Of a DNA stretch of 64,000 nucleotides, positions 63,390 through 64,000 are shown in pieces (position 1 is the stretch's first letter; every line of letters begins with the position of its first letter). The position numbers were made by a program, and so were the translations under genes. This DNA is from Lama guanicoe. Its lineage: Eukaryota. The stretch spans positions 1,762,485-1,826,484 of the forward strand of contig MU053431.1 in the NCBI GenBank assembly GCA_013239625.1, in the 5' to 3' direction. The notes under the pieces were generated by a model. It was not told where the DNA came from. It searched no databases and saw only the letters and a program-made list of their open reading frames with translations.

Positions 63390-63724
63390 TGCTATGGTCT
63401 GAGTGCTGTGTGTCCCCCAGAATTCATGTGCTGAAAACCTAATGCCCAAGGTGGTATGTTAGGAAGTGGGGGCTCTGGGAGGTGAGGAGGTCGTGAGGGT
63501 GGGGCCCCCATGGTGGGATTAGTGCCCTGATACAAGGGACCATGAACAGCTCTGTGGCCCGGTCTGCCTTGTGAGGACACACGGGAGAAGACCGCTGTCT
63601 ACACCCGGGAGAGGCTCCCCAGGCCCCGACTGTGCCGGCGCCAGGATCTCAGTCCTCGGCTTCCAGAGCTGTGAGGCGTTAGCCCGCAGTCTGGGGTCTT
63701 TGTTCTGCAGTGCAAGCTAAGACA
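63390..63724 (+). mobile_element. MaLR solo LTR (MLT1A0-like), near complete
   Basis: Starts TGCTATGGTCTGA and ends CTAAGACA. Internal tgggattagtgccct, gtgaggacac and ccagagctgtgag. Confidence 0.9.
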
Positions 63725-64000
63725 CAGGGTGACTGTGAGACCCTTGGATCAGCTGACACCTTTGCTTCTTGATGTTTCAACACCCCCAGGCTCTGAAAGA
63801 TGGGAGACCTGGGGCGTCTGTGCTCCCTCCCGAACCCCCCCCCCCGATTCCCCTCGGCTGCAGCACTGTCTGCCGTCTTTCAGTGGATGCCTTGCTCACT
63901 TTCCAGAACACGGTGAAACCTGTTTCTTGGCCGTCCGCTCCGCCTGCCCCCACTGAGGATGGTGTGACCCCCCTTCCCTGCCTGTCATTTCATCCCTACG

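Noticed and set aside
1-64000. CRISPR arrays, operon-like or other novel multi-gene systems, and exons of neighbouring genes such as SLCO4A1 or MRGBP
   Set aside because: This is mammalian single-gene DNA with no repeat-spacer arrays and no other recognisable coding exons. Non-coding transcripts cannot be called from sequence alone.

Overview
GC-rich mammalian genomic DNA, most likely from a camelid, judged from two copies of the camelid-type tRNA-derived SINE. It contains one complete protein-coding gene on the + strand, NTSR1 (neurotensin receptor 1, class A GPCR). The four coding exons are 12579-13301, 46504-46705, 48334-48424 and 49540-49789. All introns are GT-AG, and the CDS is 1266 nt (421 aa). 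The gene has a CpG-island promoter, a 33.2 kb first intron and a probable poly(A) signal at 52734. The rest is intronic or intergenic DNA with old L1, L2, MIR, MaLR (MLT1) and hAT remnants, one younger L1, two SINEs and a probable ERV2-like solo LTR. Almost all long ORFs in the supplied track are artefacts of high GC content. The most notable observations are: (1) an RE1/NRSE (REST) site in intron 1 with an exact 17-bp core; (2) ancestrally AT-rich L1 fragments rewritten into CpG-rich GC peaks, the expected footprint of GC-biased gene conversion, with in-window control copies; (3) an interstitial telomeric array with variant repeats just past the 3' end; (4) substitutions at residues conserved in human and rat NTSR1 (TM3 Tyr to His, C-terminal Thr to Ala); (5) an L1 abutting the exon 3 acceptor. 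I found no evidence for a wholly new multi-gene system. Repeat family names and boundaries come from remembered consensus sequences and are approximate.
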